DNA of 61,988 nt, counting the filler, from Nemertoderma westbladi (lineage: Eukaryota; Animalia; Xenacoelomorpha): assembly GCA_032718475.1 (NCBI GenBank). It is 4 parts of 4 records of this genome, joined end to end, with 100 filler letters (N's around TTAATTAATTAA, not from the genome) between each part and the next. Parts side by side here need not be neighbours in the genome. Positions count along the whole stretch, not along the records: positions 1 to 27,489 come from JAUCBJ010008963.1; 3 more parts are not named here. The stretch is one strand, 5' to 3'. A program made the translations under genes and the position numbers. The notes beneath the pieces are model-generated. The model saw only the letters and a program-made list of their open reading frames with translations, had not been told where the DNA came from and did not search any database. This document shows positions 12,190-23,124 of the stretch, one piece after another (the stretch's first letter is position 1; each line of letters opens with the position of its first letter).

Positions 12190-12544
12190 AAACACAGGAC
12201 AAACATAATGGACACAATGAATTAAACTTCGAAACTTTCCCCTTTCCGATAATCCAAGGTAGTTGGTCCTGATGACCAAAATCAGGGTGAACAAAACAAA
12301 AACTACCCTGCGTCAGTCGAAACATCTGCAGGGTGACGCTGGGCTCTACATAACACACAAGGAAACACAAATACCATGCATGGTTACAGTTGGTTTAAGG
12401 GGGGTCCATAATGATTGTCGGTAAGTCACATTTAAAGAGTTTGTCAACAGGAAGGGAAGGGTTAAACGGGTTTGTTATTGTCACCAATGTCCGCAGCAGG
12501 CTCCGGAGTAGGGAACTTATTACCTCCCTTTGGAGTCACCGCTG

Positions 12545-13940
12545 TCATTGCCTTCGAGAAGGCAAAGCCTCTTGATAGGGCGTTGGTAGTGGCCCTTTGC
12601 CGTTCATATCGTCACCGTTCACCGTTCTTGCAAGTCCATCTTTGCTGGGGGTTATTTCCACGACACGCGCCACAGGCCAGTGGACGCAGTCTTTAAGGTC
12701 TTCCTTGACGAGAACCATGTCCCCAACTGCGACATTCGGGTACATATCATTCCATTTCCTCCTCATTCGAAGGGTTATAAGGTACTCCTGGGCCCAAATT
12801 CTCCACCAATGCGCCGCCAGCGCTTGGGCTTTCTTCCAGTTTGAGTGTTTCACGATGTCATTGGGATCCGGGAACATGGCCTCCGGAAGTATGTTGGTCT
12901 TAGGTCTACCAAGGAGATGGTTGGGTGTGAGGGGCTCCAGATCGGTTGGTTCGTCATGGATGGGAACAATTGGCCGGTTGTTTAAGGTAGCCGTGATTTC
13001 GCAGAATGTGGTGTGCAATGTATCATGAGTGACCCTAGTATCCCCTAACACGATCCGCATGGATCGTTTTACTAAATCAATGAGTTTCTCCCAAACCCCG
13101 TTTGTATGGGGTGCTAAGGGTGTCTGGAAGTGCCATTGGATGTGGTGTTCCTTCCAGATGTGTGATGCGGTTTCGTCTTCGATAGCCTCTCTTAGTTCCC
13201 TTTCTCCTCCCACAAAGTTCGTTCCGTTGTCCAAGTACATGTGCCGGCATGAACCGTTATTCGCTACGAACTGACGCAGGGCGTTGATGAATCGCGTTCA
13301 CTACAAGGTCCAGGTAGATCGCCCTCGACCGTAGGCATATAAAGATGGCTCCCCAACATTTAATGTTGGATCGTCGCTCTATAACTGTAAATGGTCCGAA
13401 GCAGTCTATAGAACTGTAGAACGGCGGCGAGTCAGACTTGACTGCCGGCAGCGTTGCCGGCAGATCGGCCATTCTTTGGGTGAGTGGTGGCCATAGATAT
13501 CTCCTACAAGGGGAACACCGTTTCAATGCTTTCCAAATTAGCGGCTGGATGTGGGTGATCCAGTATCGTTGACAGATATTGGCCATGATCCAGTTTTGGC
13601 CCGCGTGATGGTTTTCCTCATGACATTGTTGAACTAGCAGCTTAGCTAGTGTAGATGTTCCTGGCAGAAGTGCCAGATACTTAATTTCATACTCAACCAG
13701 GGCGTTCGCCATCCGAGTATTAAGGTGGATCAATCCATCCTCTCCCCTCATGGGTCTCAACTGGTAGACCAGCCTATCAGGTTTCAAAATCCTGCCTGCA
13801 TTGAGCTGCTCCCATTCGTTGGGGAATCTTTCTTTCTGAACATATCTTACAATACATTTCTCTGCGATAATGAGTTCTTGTACACTCCGCTGAACTATTG
13901 GTTTGTTATCCTTCCACCGCAGGAAATTACGGAGGGTCAT
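12545..13940 (-). pseudogene. BEL integrase (HHCC zinc finger, DDE core, DUF5641-like tail), frameshifted
   Basis: CHEENHHAG..CSPC, DCFGPF, DNGTNFVG, P.APH.NGVWEKL, LNNRPI, LTPNHLL, W..EYL, GD.VLV..WP.ARV. Confidence 0.92.
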
Positions 13941-14069
13941 AATGTGATGAATGAGTCATTTCATCGAGGAGGTCCGCTCTATGAGGAGTCGTAAGGATGC
14001 GGCTGGTTGTTCGGTGGTCGCAACATTATAGTGCCTGCCCGAGTCCTTTGCAGGCTCAGTCGGGCTACT

Positions 14070-14895
14070 TTAAATCTCCACGGTGGCACTCCCACAGACC
14101 TTGCGGATGCGGATCTCCTTATTGTCCTCCGAGTATTTCCTGCTATCTAATCCAGGATCAAACCGGGTGCTCCAGGACCGTTGCGGTTGCTTTAGGAACT
14201 TCGGGCCTGTAAGCCAGAGTTTACTCCCACCGAGATGTCGTGGGGTGGCGCCTCGGCTCGATAAGTCCGCCGGGTTCCCTTTCCCGTTTACATGATGCCA
14301 GTGTTCTCGATTGGTGCACTGTTTTATCTCCATGGCCCGGTTCGCCACGAACGTTGTGTGTCGTCGTGATGGTGAGTGGAGGTATTATAGCACTATGCTG
14401 GAATCGACCCAGAAATGTTGAGATTCAATGGGGATCCTCAGGTTTCGCATAATCATATGTGATTTTGTCTTACAGCCCAGACTGCGCCTTACAGTTCGAG
14501 CCTTGGGATAGTTGCCAATAAATTCCCCGAATACCATCTTCGCTTTGGAGAACAAGAAACTAATATCACCATTTCCATCTTGGCTTAACCTCCGGATGTA
14601 CGTAACCACCCCAATTCCGGTATTCAAGGCATCCGAGAAGGTATAGAGCTGGGATATGTCGGTGGGCAGCTTATCGAGAAAGAACGGTTGAGGAATCCGC
14701 ATGAGGTGGAGCTGTTCAAGCTGCTCCGTCCACTTTTTCCATTTGGCGCTTAGGTGTGGGGGGAGTTCCTCATCCCATCCCAGACCTTCGATCCACATTT
14801 CTTTAATCAGATTCATTCCGGCTAACATTACCAGAAATATGAAATTCAAAGGGTCGAAGATGGCGCTCTTCACGGATAGACATCCCCTCTTTGTT
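14070..14895 (-). pseudogene. BEL RNase H / Pao peptidase_A17 region, frameshifted
   Basis: TKR..LS..SAIFDPL, WDEELP, FSDA, FWVDS..VL, W.HV.G..NPADLSSRG, LW..GP.FL. Confidence 0.9.
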
Positions 14896-14896
14896 A

Positions 14897-15230
14897 TTAG
14901 TTTGTCATAAGGGGTGCATATTTGGAGGATTGTCGGAATCGCACTCTGAGATCGGTGTGTACCAGGGCGTTTTTAATAGTCAGTTTCACCCTTTCATAAC
15001 CCGCCATGACCCCTTCCACACTGAGTTGCACCTCTCCGTATTCCACTTCCTTGTGGTCCGTAATAGTTTGTATGGGTCGCTTGCAGGGTTCATATTCTAG
15101 GCCCAGCTGTTCCAGAAAGTCCCTGTCGATTATGGTCCCATCTGACCCATTATCCAATAACACAAGTGTGGTCAGGGATTTCCCAACGCCTTGGATTCTC
15201 AGGGTATCACCTTGGCGAAAACCATATACC
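14897..15230 (-). pseudogene. BEL aspartic protease, truncated by the deletion that removed RT
   Basis: LLDNGSDGT catalytic motif; followed directly by the RNase H-proximal sequence. Confidence 0.8.
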
Positions 15231-17890
15231 GCCGATTGATTAGGTTGACCATAGCCGATATACTGGTCACGTGTGCTACGTCAGCAGTAGCCTTGAACTG
15301 GTTCGTTTCTTTTCGCTGGATCATCCGAGAACCCTTTGAGATGTGGTTGGTTTCCCCTTTCCGCTTGGATTCAATACGGAATGTAATGTAGTAAAGTCGA
15401 AGTTTGCAGGAATGTGGAGGAGTGTGTGGTGTCGTAAATCATTACAAACCGCACAACAGGACCTCTGTTCGCAATCCCTTTACCTAGTGGCCTGTGCCAA
15501 GACACCGGAAGCATCGCATTTCATTATCGCTTCAAAGTGATGGACTAGTTCTGCAAACTGGAACTTCCTGCAGAATTCTACCTTGTGCTTTTCTCCGCAG
15601 AAGAGACACAGAAGGGAGGCCGTGGTGCCTTCCCTCTCGGGTGCCCAATTTGCCAGATAGCACGCCAATTCTTCCGCTGATGTCGGTTCCTCGTAATCCT
15701 CATCATCCGAATCCTCGGCCATGGTGATGGCCATCGTACTCACAGGGGGAGGGCGGAATCTCGGTTTTGGAGCGGGTGTCCTGCTCTGAGGAGTGCTCTC
15801 TATCCCATCCATTTTGGAGAGACTCTGTTTAGAGAACATGGAGTCGTTCATGGCCTCTGAGATATTGTCTAGGAATGCCGACATTTCGAGAAAGCTAGGA
15901 TCACAATCTGGGTGTCTTTGCCAGAGATCTACACATTTATATGCCCATTTACTCTGTAGCCATCCGGGAAATTTCCGGGCAATTTGTCGAAGGTTGAGGA
16001 TATTATTCTCCTGTTCTTCCTTGTTTAATGGTTTTAGAGTATAATAAGCATCCTTCATTGAGTCTGAGAACTCTTGAATATTCTGCGGATCTCCTAGAGA
16101 TCCAACATCTTGGATCAGTTTTTCAAGTGTCTTATTAATTATGGTTCCGACGTTGCCATATATTTTATCGAGCATTTTCCACGCATCGTGGTATGCCTCA
16201 TGGGATCCTCCTTCAAAACATCTCACAATACGGCGTGTTTTGCCACCCAGATACTGGGACAAAAATACCAGCTTTTGCGCGTCGGTGATGTCCGTCGATC
16301 CGATTTGAGCAAAAAACCGTTTTTTAAATCCAAGGTAGTCGATGGGGTCACCCTCGAAGGTACATATTTCCATCTTCGGCATAGCCAGATGGTTCTCCAA
16401 GGCTCGTATGATGCCAACGTCGTCTGAATTGGATTGACTAGGAGGTTCGTAATTACTAACACTCTCTCCCATACATGATGGATTGACAAGAGGTGGAGTT
16501 TTAATAACAATGCGGTTACGGATTTTCGGAGTAGACATAAATGGATTAGTGGATCGAGGGGTGGCGTCACGTTCCGAGTCCTTTTCAGGCTCGTACTTGT
16601 GAACGCTCAGTGCCTTAGGATTGGGAGTGAAATAAGCGTAACCAGTGGGGGGTGGAAAACCGGTGCTTGCGCCGAGAGTTTAGACTGCAAGATCGGCGGG
16701 AATTCGGGTTTCGGAGGGTTTACTGCCGGTGGTGTAAACGACTTCTCTAGCTCTGAAACCGGTACTGGTTCATAGTCCTGTTCTATACCCCTCTCCCAGT
16801 CCTCGTACAGTTGAAGGTCTCATTCGATTAGTGCGGCCTCATATTCAGCAAGTTTGGCAATATCTGCGTTCTTTTTGTGAATAAGAAGTCTGTGGGCCTT
16901 AGCATTTTGTTTACGCATTCCGGCCTCCTGTTTACGCATTTTGGCCTGTTGTTTGGCCTCCTGTTTATGCATTTCAGCCTCTTGTTTATGCATTTCGGCC
17001 TGTTGTTTGGCCTTTTGTTTACTCATTTCAGCATCTTGTTTACGCATTTCAGCCTGTTGTTCGGCCTCTTGTTTACGCATTTCAGCCTCTTGTTTACGCA
17101 TTTCGGCCTGTTGTTCGGCCTCTTGTTTACGCCTTTCTTCCGCTAATATATCCTGTTCGATCTGTAATTGAACAAATTCATTTTCCATCCGGGCTTTAAG
17201 GGTCCTTGCTCTCTGTTCCCGTAACTGGTCCCGGAGGGGCTTACCTCCTTGGGAACTACACGCTGAACCAGATACCTCGCTCCTGGCGCTGGAGTGCTGG
17301 TGCCTCGAAGACCCAGTCCTTTTTCTAGGAACCAATGTCCTGGTACCGGAGGTCCGCACTGACTCCACATCCGCCTTTTCAATCCTTTGATAGTATTGTT
17401 CTTCATAGCCTCTCACGAGGCTGAGGGTCCTTTGATGTTGTTTACGGAACTCTTCCAAGTGTGCGGTGTGTTCTTCCAACCTGGGGTAGTTCTCCTCGTT
17501 GGTTGCGGGAATGAGTTCCTGGTACGCTTGCAACATCCGTTCATATCGGTGGAGGATATTCCTGATCTTCTGGAGCTGAGTTTGTATATCGCTGACGGGG
17601 TTCTCGAATCCTCTTAGTTGTTTCTCGATGCGGTTATAGGCCCGAGTAACCCCGCCCTTGAGAGCGCCCAACCGACGTGCCATGTTTTTTACATTCGGGA
17701 CCTCGTCAGTTTCTGAGTCTGTATGAGGCTCTATTCCTTCGGTATCGTAGGCGTTGTCCTCCATTACTCTAGCACTTCGTTTATCGCCAGGTATGCAATG
17801 TCGTAAATAGTTCGTCGTATGTCTCGTATTCTGCCTGAACCACCCGGAAGGTGATTCTAAATCGTCCCACATTGGTTCCCTGTACCTCAA
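15230..17890 (-). pseudogene. Inner BEL gag (coiled-coil repeats, DUF1759-like domain, Zn knuckles), frameshifted
   Basis: KQEAEQQAEMR repeats (16900-17130); MPKMEICTFEGDPIDY..F...F, KL.FL.QYL.G; CLFCGEKHKVEFC. Confidence 0.9.
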
Positions 17891-18173
17891 ATTCGATCTG
17901 CCAGATTCCTGGTTCGACTTGTATTATATCAATGGATGTGATCGATACTTCCATTTCCTGTTAACGACTCTCTTTTAATGACTTGCCAACTACGAGTTCT
18001 AGACTGTTTGGGTTGAGTTTGTGATTTAATTAAACCACGACTTTTTCTCAAATCAAATACCAGAGTTTCCTCATAGTGGGTGCTGGTTAAGCATGGAGAG
18101 AGTTTGAAGAACACTTGGCCTTTTAATTCCCAACTTCCACCAGTTGAAGTTGACCGCGTATTATTCTCAATTT

Positions 18174-19045
18174 TGTTGCCGTTATTCCCGACACCAGGGG
18201 GGAAAACGTCGATGCTGGAGGCAAAATTTTCAGACCACTTTATTCGGGACAGTCACAGGTTATTGGGAGTGGAGAAGGCAGAATTGCGGTTAGAGAAAAG
18301 GTTCATTGGTTGGATATAATCTTTAATGTAACTTGAACTCTGATTGAGAATAATTTGGGCTTCCCCAAACCAATATACCAAATATTCACAACAATACACA
18401 ATATGAAATTCCTACAGTAAATTATTTAATTACCCACTGTTCACTTAAGTGAGCCCCAACTGTCGGAGCTTTCCGAGTCCTTTTCAGGCTCGTACTAATG
18501 CCAGTCGTGGAGCCCACGCCAGGAAGTCAGTCCTCATCGAACCCATCGTTTCCGTCCGGTCAGTCGATCCTTTGCAAGTCCCTAATGCGAAGACTCCGCC
18601 CGAGTCCTTTTCAGACGCAGTCGTAGCCAACGCACCAGGAACCGCTTAGGATCTGTCAGTCCCGTCGCAAATCACCAGTGCAGTCCTTTTCAGGCTCAGT
18701 CGCCACTGATGGCCAGGGACCGCTAAGGGCAGTCCTTGTCCCCAGACCTAGCGGGTTACCAACTACCGAAGTAGAAGGAGGTTGTCTAGGCCTCTAGTAA
18801 CTATCAGGCAACCCTGACAGCCGAGAGTATTGCTTGATTTTACCTCCCATCCATAGCCCTTAAATATCTGAAATGGTTCCCGCGCCCCGTAAGTCGCCCC
18901 AAGTTTTGCCCATAAATCGCCCCCAGTCTATCAAATGTGCCCAAATTTTGTGTTTCCGCACCCACCGCTGATATTGGCACATTCATAAAATATAAATCCA
19001 AAAAATATGTAACTCGCGTTATGCTAACCTAAAATACCGCGAACA
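18174..19045 (-). repeat. 5' LTR of inner BEL element (872 bp)
   Basis: Matches 7742-8651 except the central 18449-18681; TATA-like TATTTAA near 18860; sense AATAAA at 18239-18244. Confidence 0.93.
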
Positions 19046-19050
19046 CCTGT

Positions 19051-22000
19051 CTAGGGCCCGCCATGCAGTCGTGAATCCACTTTCGATACCTTGGTACTGC
19101 CTTACGATGTTGTATGCTGGCCCCCCTGTGTAAACTTGTAAGTATTTTAGGCACTCCGCCTGCGTCAGATTCTTTGTTAATATTTCGTTACTGTACATAC
19201 GTCGGAATTGCAGATATTCCTCTGGTTTGCTACCATCGAATTTGAACGGCTCCACTGGTGGTAACTCAATCCTGGTCTTAAGCGCATCGATGAGTGTTGC
19301 CATTCCCATCGCTTGTACTTCTAGCACGCTCGATGGTTGTTGTTCAGATTCCCCTGCTGTTGGGTGCAGTTCGCCCGTAGGGCCTGTCGACCTTCTCTGC
19401 GTTGGATATATCATTGGGGGTAACGGTCCCATCCATATCTCTGTGTCACATGACTTATTTGGTTCTGAGGGGTTTGGGGTTTTTGTTCTTGGTCGAGTGT
19501 ATAGCTGATATTGCAATGGGGGAATGTCACCCTGCCCCCCCCCCCCCCCCCCCCCAACTGGTGTTATATTTGGTACTGGGGTTGATGTCACCATGTTAGG
19601 GCCCATGCATCTATCGGCAATAACTCCCCCCGCCCCTGGGTATATATTATATCCCTGCATATTCTAGTCATACTGGTGTGCAGATACCAGTCTAGGCCTA
19701 TCCACTTCTTGCCTACCTACCGGTATGTATGCCGTGACTTCCTGGTCTAATCCCATTGTCCGCACTACCCTATCGCCTACACTATCTCTCCCAGCATGGC
19801 CTATAGTATGTGCAGTAAGGCCTGTAGTATGTCCTGCAGTCTGCCTGTGTCCTTCCGGACCGAAGTTTAATGTTCTCGAATATTCCAAGAATTCCTCCCC
19901 ACTACTACCGTACTCTCGATCGGCAGCTATGTTCCGTCGGAAAGTTTCTCTTCGATCCCCTCTCCTGTCCTCATCCTCACACTGGTACATCCTGTACCCT
20001 TCTCCCGGCGTGTGGTATATCTCACCAGGTTATGTCTCTCCGGGGCGACGGCAATCTCCCGGAGTTCGACCCCACCGACTCTCTAACTCCATCTGTACTA
20101 CCGACAGTTTACTGTCCGTCCTTCCTTTCAGGTTGCTCGTAGCAAAGCTTCTTCTATTCTCTTCACTTCGTCTCACTTCAGTGTAGTGATCCTCCTCGTG
20201 AGATCTTGCTTCGACCTCCTGGATAAACTCCACTGTTCTTCTTCCATCTTCCGACTGGGCTTGACATCTTTTCGCTCGCCCGCTCACGGCACCAATGTCT
20301 CTCTCTCTCTGCCCGGTTGGACGGTCCTGGAGATACTCGCAATCCCCCTACTATTCTCTGTCGTTGGGTGCCGCGATTCACCTAACTCGCCACGCGCATT
20401 GTCCGCCGACGCTTGTGGGACATTCTCTGCCCCCCCCCTCTCTAATCTAATCTCTAATCTCTCGTGGTGGGGTGCCCGTAGCCCCCCCCCCCCCCATTCG
20501 TCACCTCCTACCTCGCTTCTATGCCCCTCTCTAGACGATGCACTATCTCTACCCTCGCTGGGTCTATTCATCCCCTCTTCTCCCTGTGCGACTGCATGGC
20601 CTTGCAGGCTCCCATTGGGTTGACTCACCCCCGCTACTCTCTGTGCAACTGCGTGGCCTTGCAGGCTCCCATTGGGTTGACTCACCCCCGCAACTCTCTG
20701 TGCAACTGCGTGGCCTTGCAGGCTCTCATTGGCTGGACCACCTGTCTCCCCAACGTTCGTATTAATTGCACCATTATTGATAATATTATTTTGATTAATC
20801 TCCTCGGGGTTATTATTTAATGTAATATTGTTACCTAAATTATTATTTTAATTATTTAAATTATTTTGCTCAAAATTAGGGTTGTTATTTGGATTATTTT
20901 GCACATTTAAATTAGAATTATTATTTGGGTTATTTTGCACATTTCAATTAGAATTATTATTTGGATTATTTTGCCAATTCAAATTAGAATAATTATTACC
21001 GGGTAAAATATTATTTCCTGCAAGAAAGGTTTCATTAGGGTTGTCTATTACGGTACTAATAATATTAATCCCTTCCAACGTATTATTATTATTACCCCCC
21101 TTGCCTGTTCGGTTACACCAGTCCTGGGTCTGTCGTCCGGTAACTGTAAGTGGGGTATTAACAAAGGTTTCCATTACTTCTGGTTCCTCGTAAATACTAC
21201 CCGAACCAGCCTCACTCTCCAATAACCCCAACTTTGCCAGTTCTAACCGGTGCTTTTGCTTCGCTTGGTATTGCATAAGCCCCCTCAACCGGGTATGCAT
21301 ATCATCCCACATACGGTTTTCGGCCCTCTCTCTCTCTCTGTCTTCCCTCATACTTTGGTTGGCCAATTCTGCCTCCCTTGCCTTCCGCTCTCTATGCTCG
21401 TTCTCCACTTTTGCCTCCCGCTCCTTACGCTCACTCATCTCTCTCTCCTCCCGCTCCCTATAGTTTCTCACCACCCTCTCGGCTCTTTCTTTACACTCTC
21501 TCGCTAACTCTCTCTCCCTCTCCAATAGCGCAGTTCCCTCGTCTAACTGCCTCTCAAACTCCTTTTGATCCAGTGCCACAATGTCTAGTTGACATACCAG
21601 ATCTATCTCTAAAACCCTTCTTGCTTTCGTGGTGGATGTAGCGGACTTATCGGTCGCAATGGACTCCCGCGCCTCTCTGTCCTACTAACTTTCCCCCGTT
21701 TACTGGGGTTTTTGCTAACTGACGACACCGAATCCTTGGGGTTAACCTCGGATTCGCCGTCTTGCAGGTCTGCCCATCCCACTAACTTAATTCCCCTGGA
21801 TTCACTAAGTAAGGCCCTACGTACACTACGTCTGGCTCCATTACCTTGGACCGACACAGTTTAAACAGTTCCGTGGCGACCCCCCTCGCTCTCTCACTCG
21901 CCAGTTTTCCCTGTCCAAAACAGACTAAATAACGGAAATGTCTATTCGACTCACCTAGCCTCTGGTATAGTTTAGGCTGGTCTACCTTTCTCCCCTCCAT

Positions 22001-22409
22001 AGCCTCTTTGAGTAGTTTCTTTGTGGCGTTATTTGCCCGTCGTAGGCGATCACTTGTCCTGACGTCCTCTTCATCGACTCTACCTTCCCTCCTCGTCCAA
22101 TGTCGTACCAGCGGCCCCACCGCCGCTGTTCTGGTGGGTTGTCCGTCGCCCTCGGCCTGTGGCTGGCAGGCGATTTCGGTAACCCGACCGCCGTCGTCGT
22201 CGTGCGTCGACTCGTCTCTCTCTCTCTCTCCCTCGTAGTTGACAGCTGCCCTCCGCTTGGGTTGTCGGATCGTCCCTTGTTGGCTAATCCGGCATGGCAG
22301 GCCGATACCGTCTCGTCGTGGCCTCTCAGATTGTTTGGTTGGTGTCGTCCGGTGTCCGCGGCGGCGTTCTTTCTCCCTCTAACTGTCGGGGTGTTCCTCT
22401 TTCACTCAT
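19051..22409 (-). pseudogene. Outer BEL gag, N-terminal part (fragmented)
   Basis: LPPVEPFKFDG..EEY..F, LKYL..YT.GPA in 19019-19660; coiled coil 20944-21579; three 57-bp tandem repeats ~20565-20733; candidate ATG at 22409. Confidence 0.8.
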
Positions 22410-22432
22410 ATTTGTAAGTTGCGGTCACAGTT

Positions 22433-23124
22433 TGTTGGTAGGTGGCAGTTTTTGACTGTGACGTGATCGTAGATCCCGACCGGGTTAGATTTTGTACGCG
22501 TCACCTGACTGCTGGTCTGCTGGGCTAGTGTTCCTTTGGCTGAAAGCCGTTAGGGAAAATAACAGAGTTTGTGTTCCTCAATGTTAATGTTCCAAATGAT
22601 AATAGCACAGAATTAGTAATGTGATTGATATTGCAATACAGAATGACAGCAGTAAATCAGTAATAGATATTGGTTGGCGACAGTCGAAAACTATGACCGG
22701 TCTGCAACTCTGTGATTAATGGACTGACCGGTAAATCAGTAATACAGAATAATTATATGATTGATACATACAGATATTAGTTTCACCTCTTACTCTACTT
22801 GGCCTTCTGTACCCAGTGGATGCTTTCCTATCTCTGTTCACGTGCTCCCCTGCCTGCTATTGGCTTATATACTAATTGTCACTTTGGCACTCCCTGTGAG
22901 TGTTTCCCTCCGCCGCTAGCCTTTACTAGCTATGTTCTCCCTCCGACGAGGTTTGACCTATCACCCCTTTCTGTGGCTTTAGGGCTTGTGTCGCCCCCCC
23001 CCCCCCCCAAAGTTGGTTATGAGGCGAGATTATTATTGGTAATCTCGTATCGCCAACTATATTGGTAAAATGCCACTGTTCCCATTTTCGGGTGGATAAT
23101 GCAAGGGAATTGAATCCGCTTACA
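22433..23124 (-). repeat. Probable 5' LTR of outer BEL element
   Basis: TGTT...TACA boundaries between the gag start and the satellite; sense TATATAA at ~22864-22870; no partner LTR to confirm the ends. Confidence 0.5.

Larger units (their letters stand above)
7742..19045 (-). mobile_element. Inner BEL/Pao LTR retrotransposon (11.3 kb), RT-deleted, with 3' cargo ORF
   Basis: TGTT...AACA termini, paired LTRs, 5-bp TSD CCTGT at 7737-7741 and 19046-19050, gag-PR-RH-IN order. Confidence 0.95.
5433..23124 (-). mobile_element. Outer BEL/Pao LTR retrotransposon, internally deleted, interrupted by the inner element
   Basis: Removing 7742-19050 restores the gag frame: ...AWRALD|REFGHPAKIIRQTLRG.... 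Has DUF1759-like gag, protease, TPFGWTLSGP motif and an integrase C-terminal remnant. No matching 3' LTR seen. Confidence 0.85.

Noticed and set aside
18125-18142. TGGTGGAAGTTGGGAATT as the tRNA PBS
   Set aside because: It lies about 30 nt from the LTR end and I cannot match it to a known tRNA 3' end; a host tRNA search is still needed
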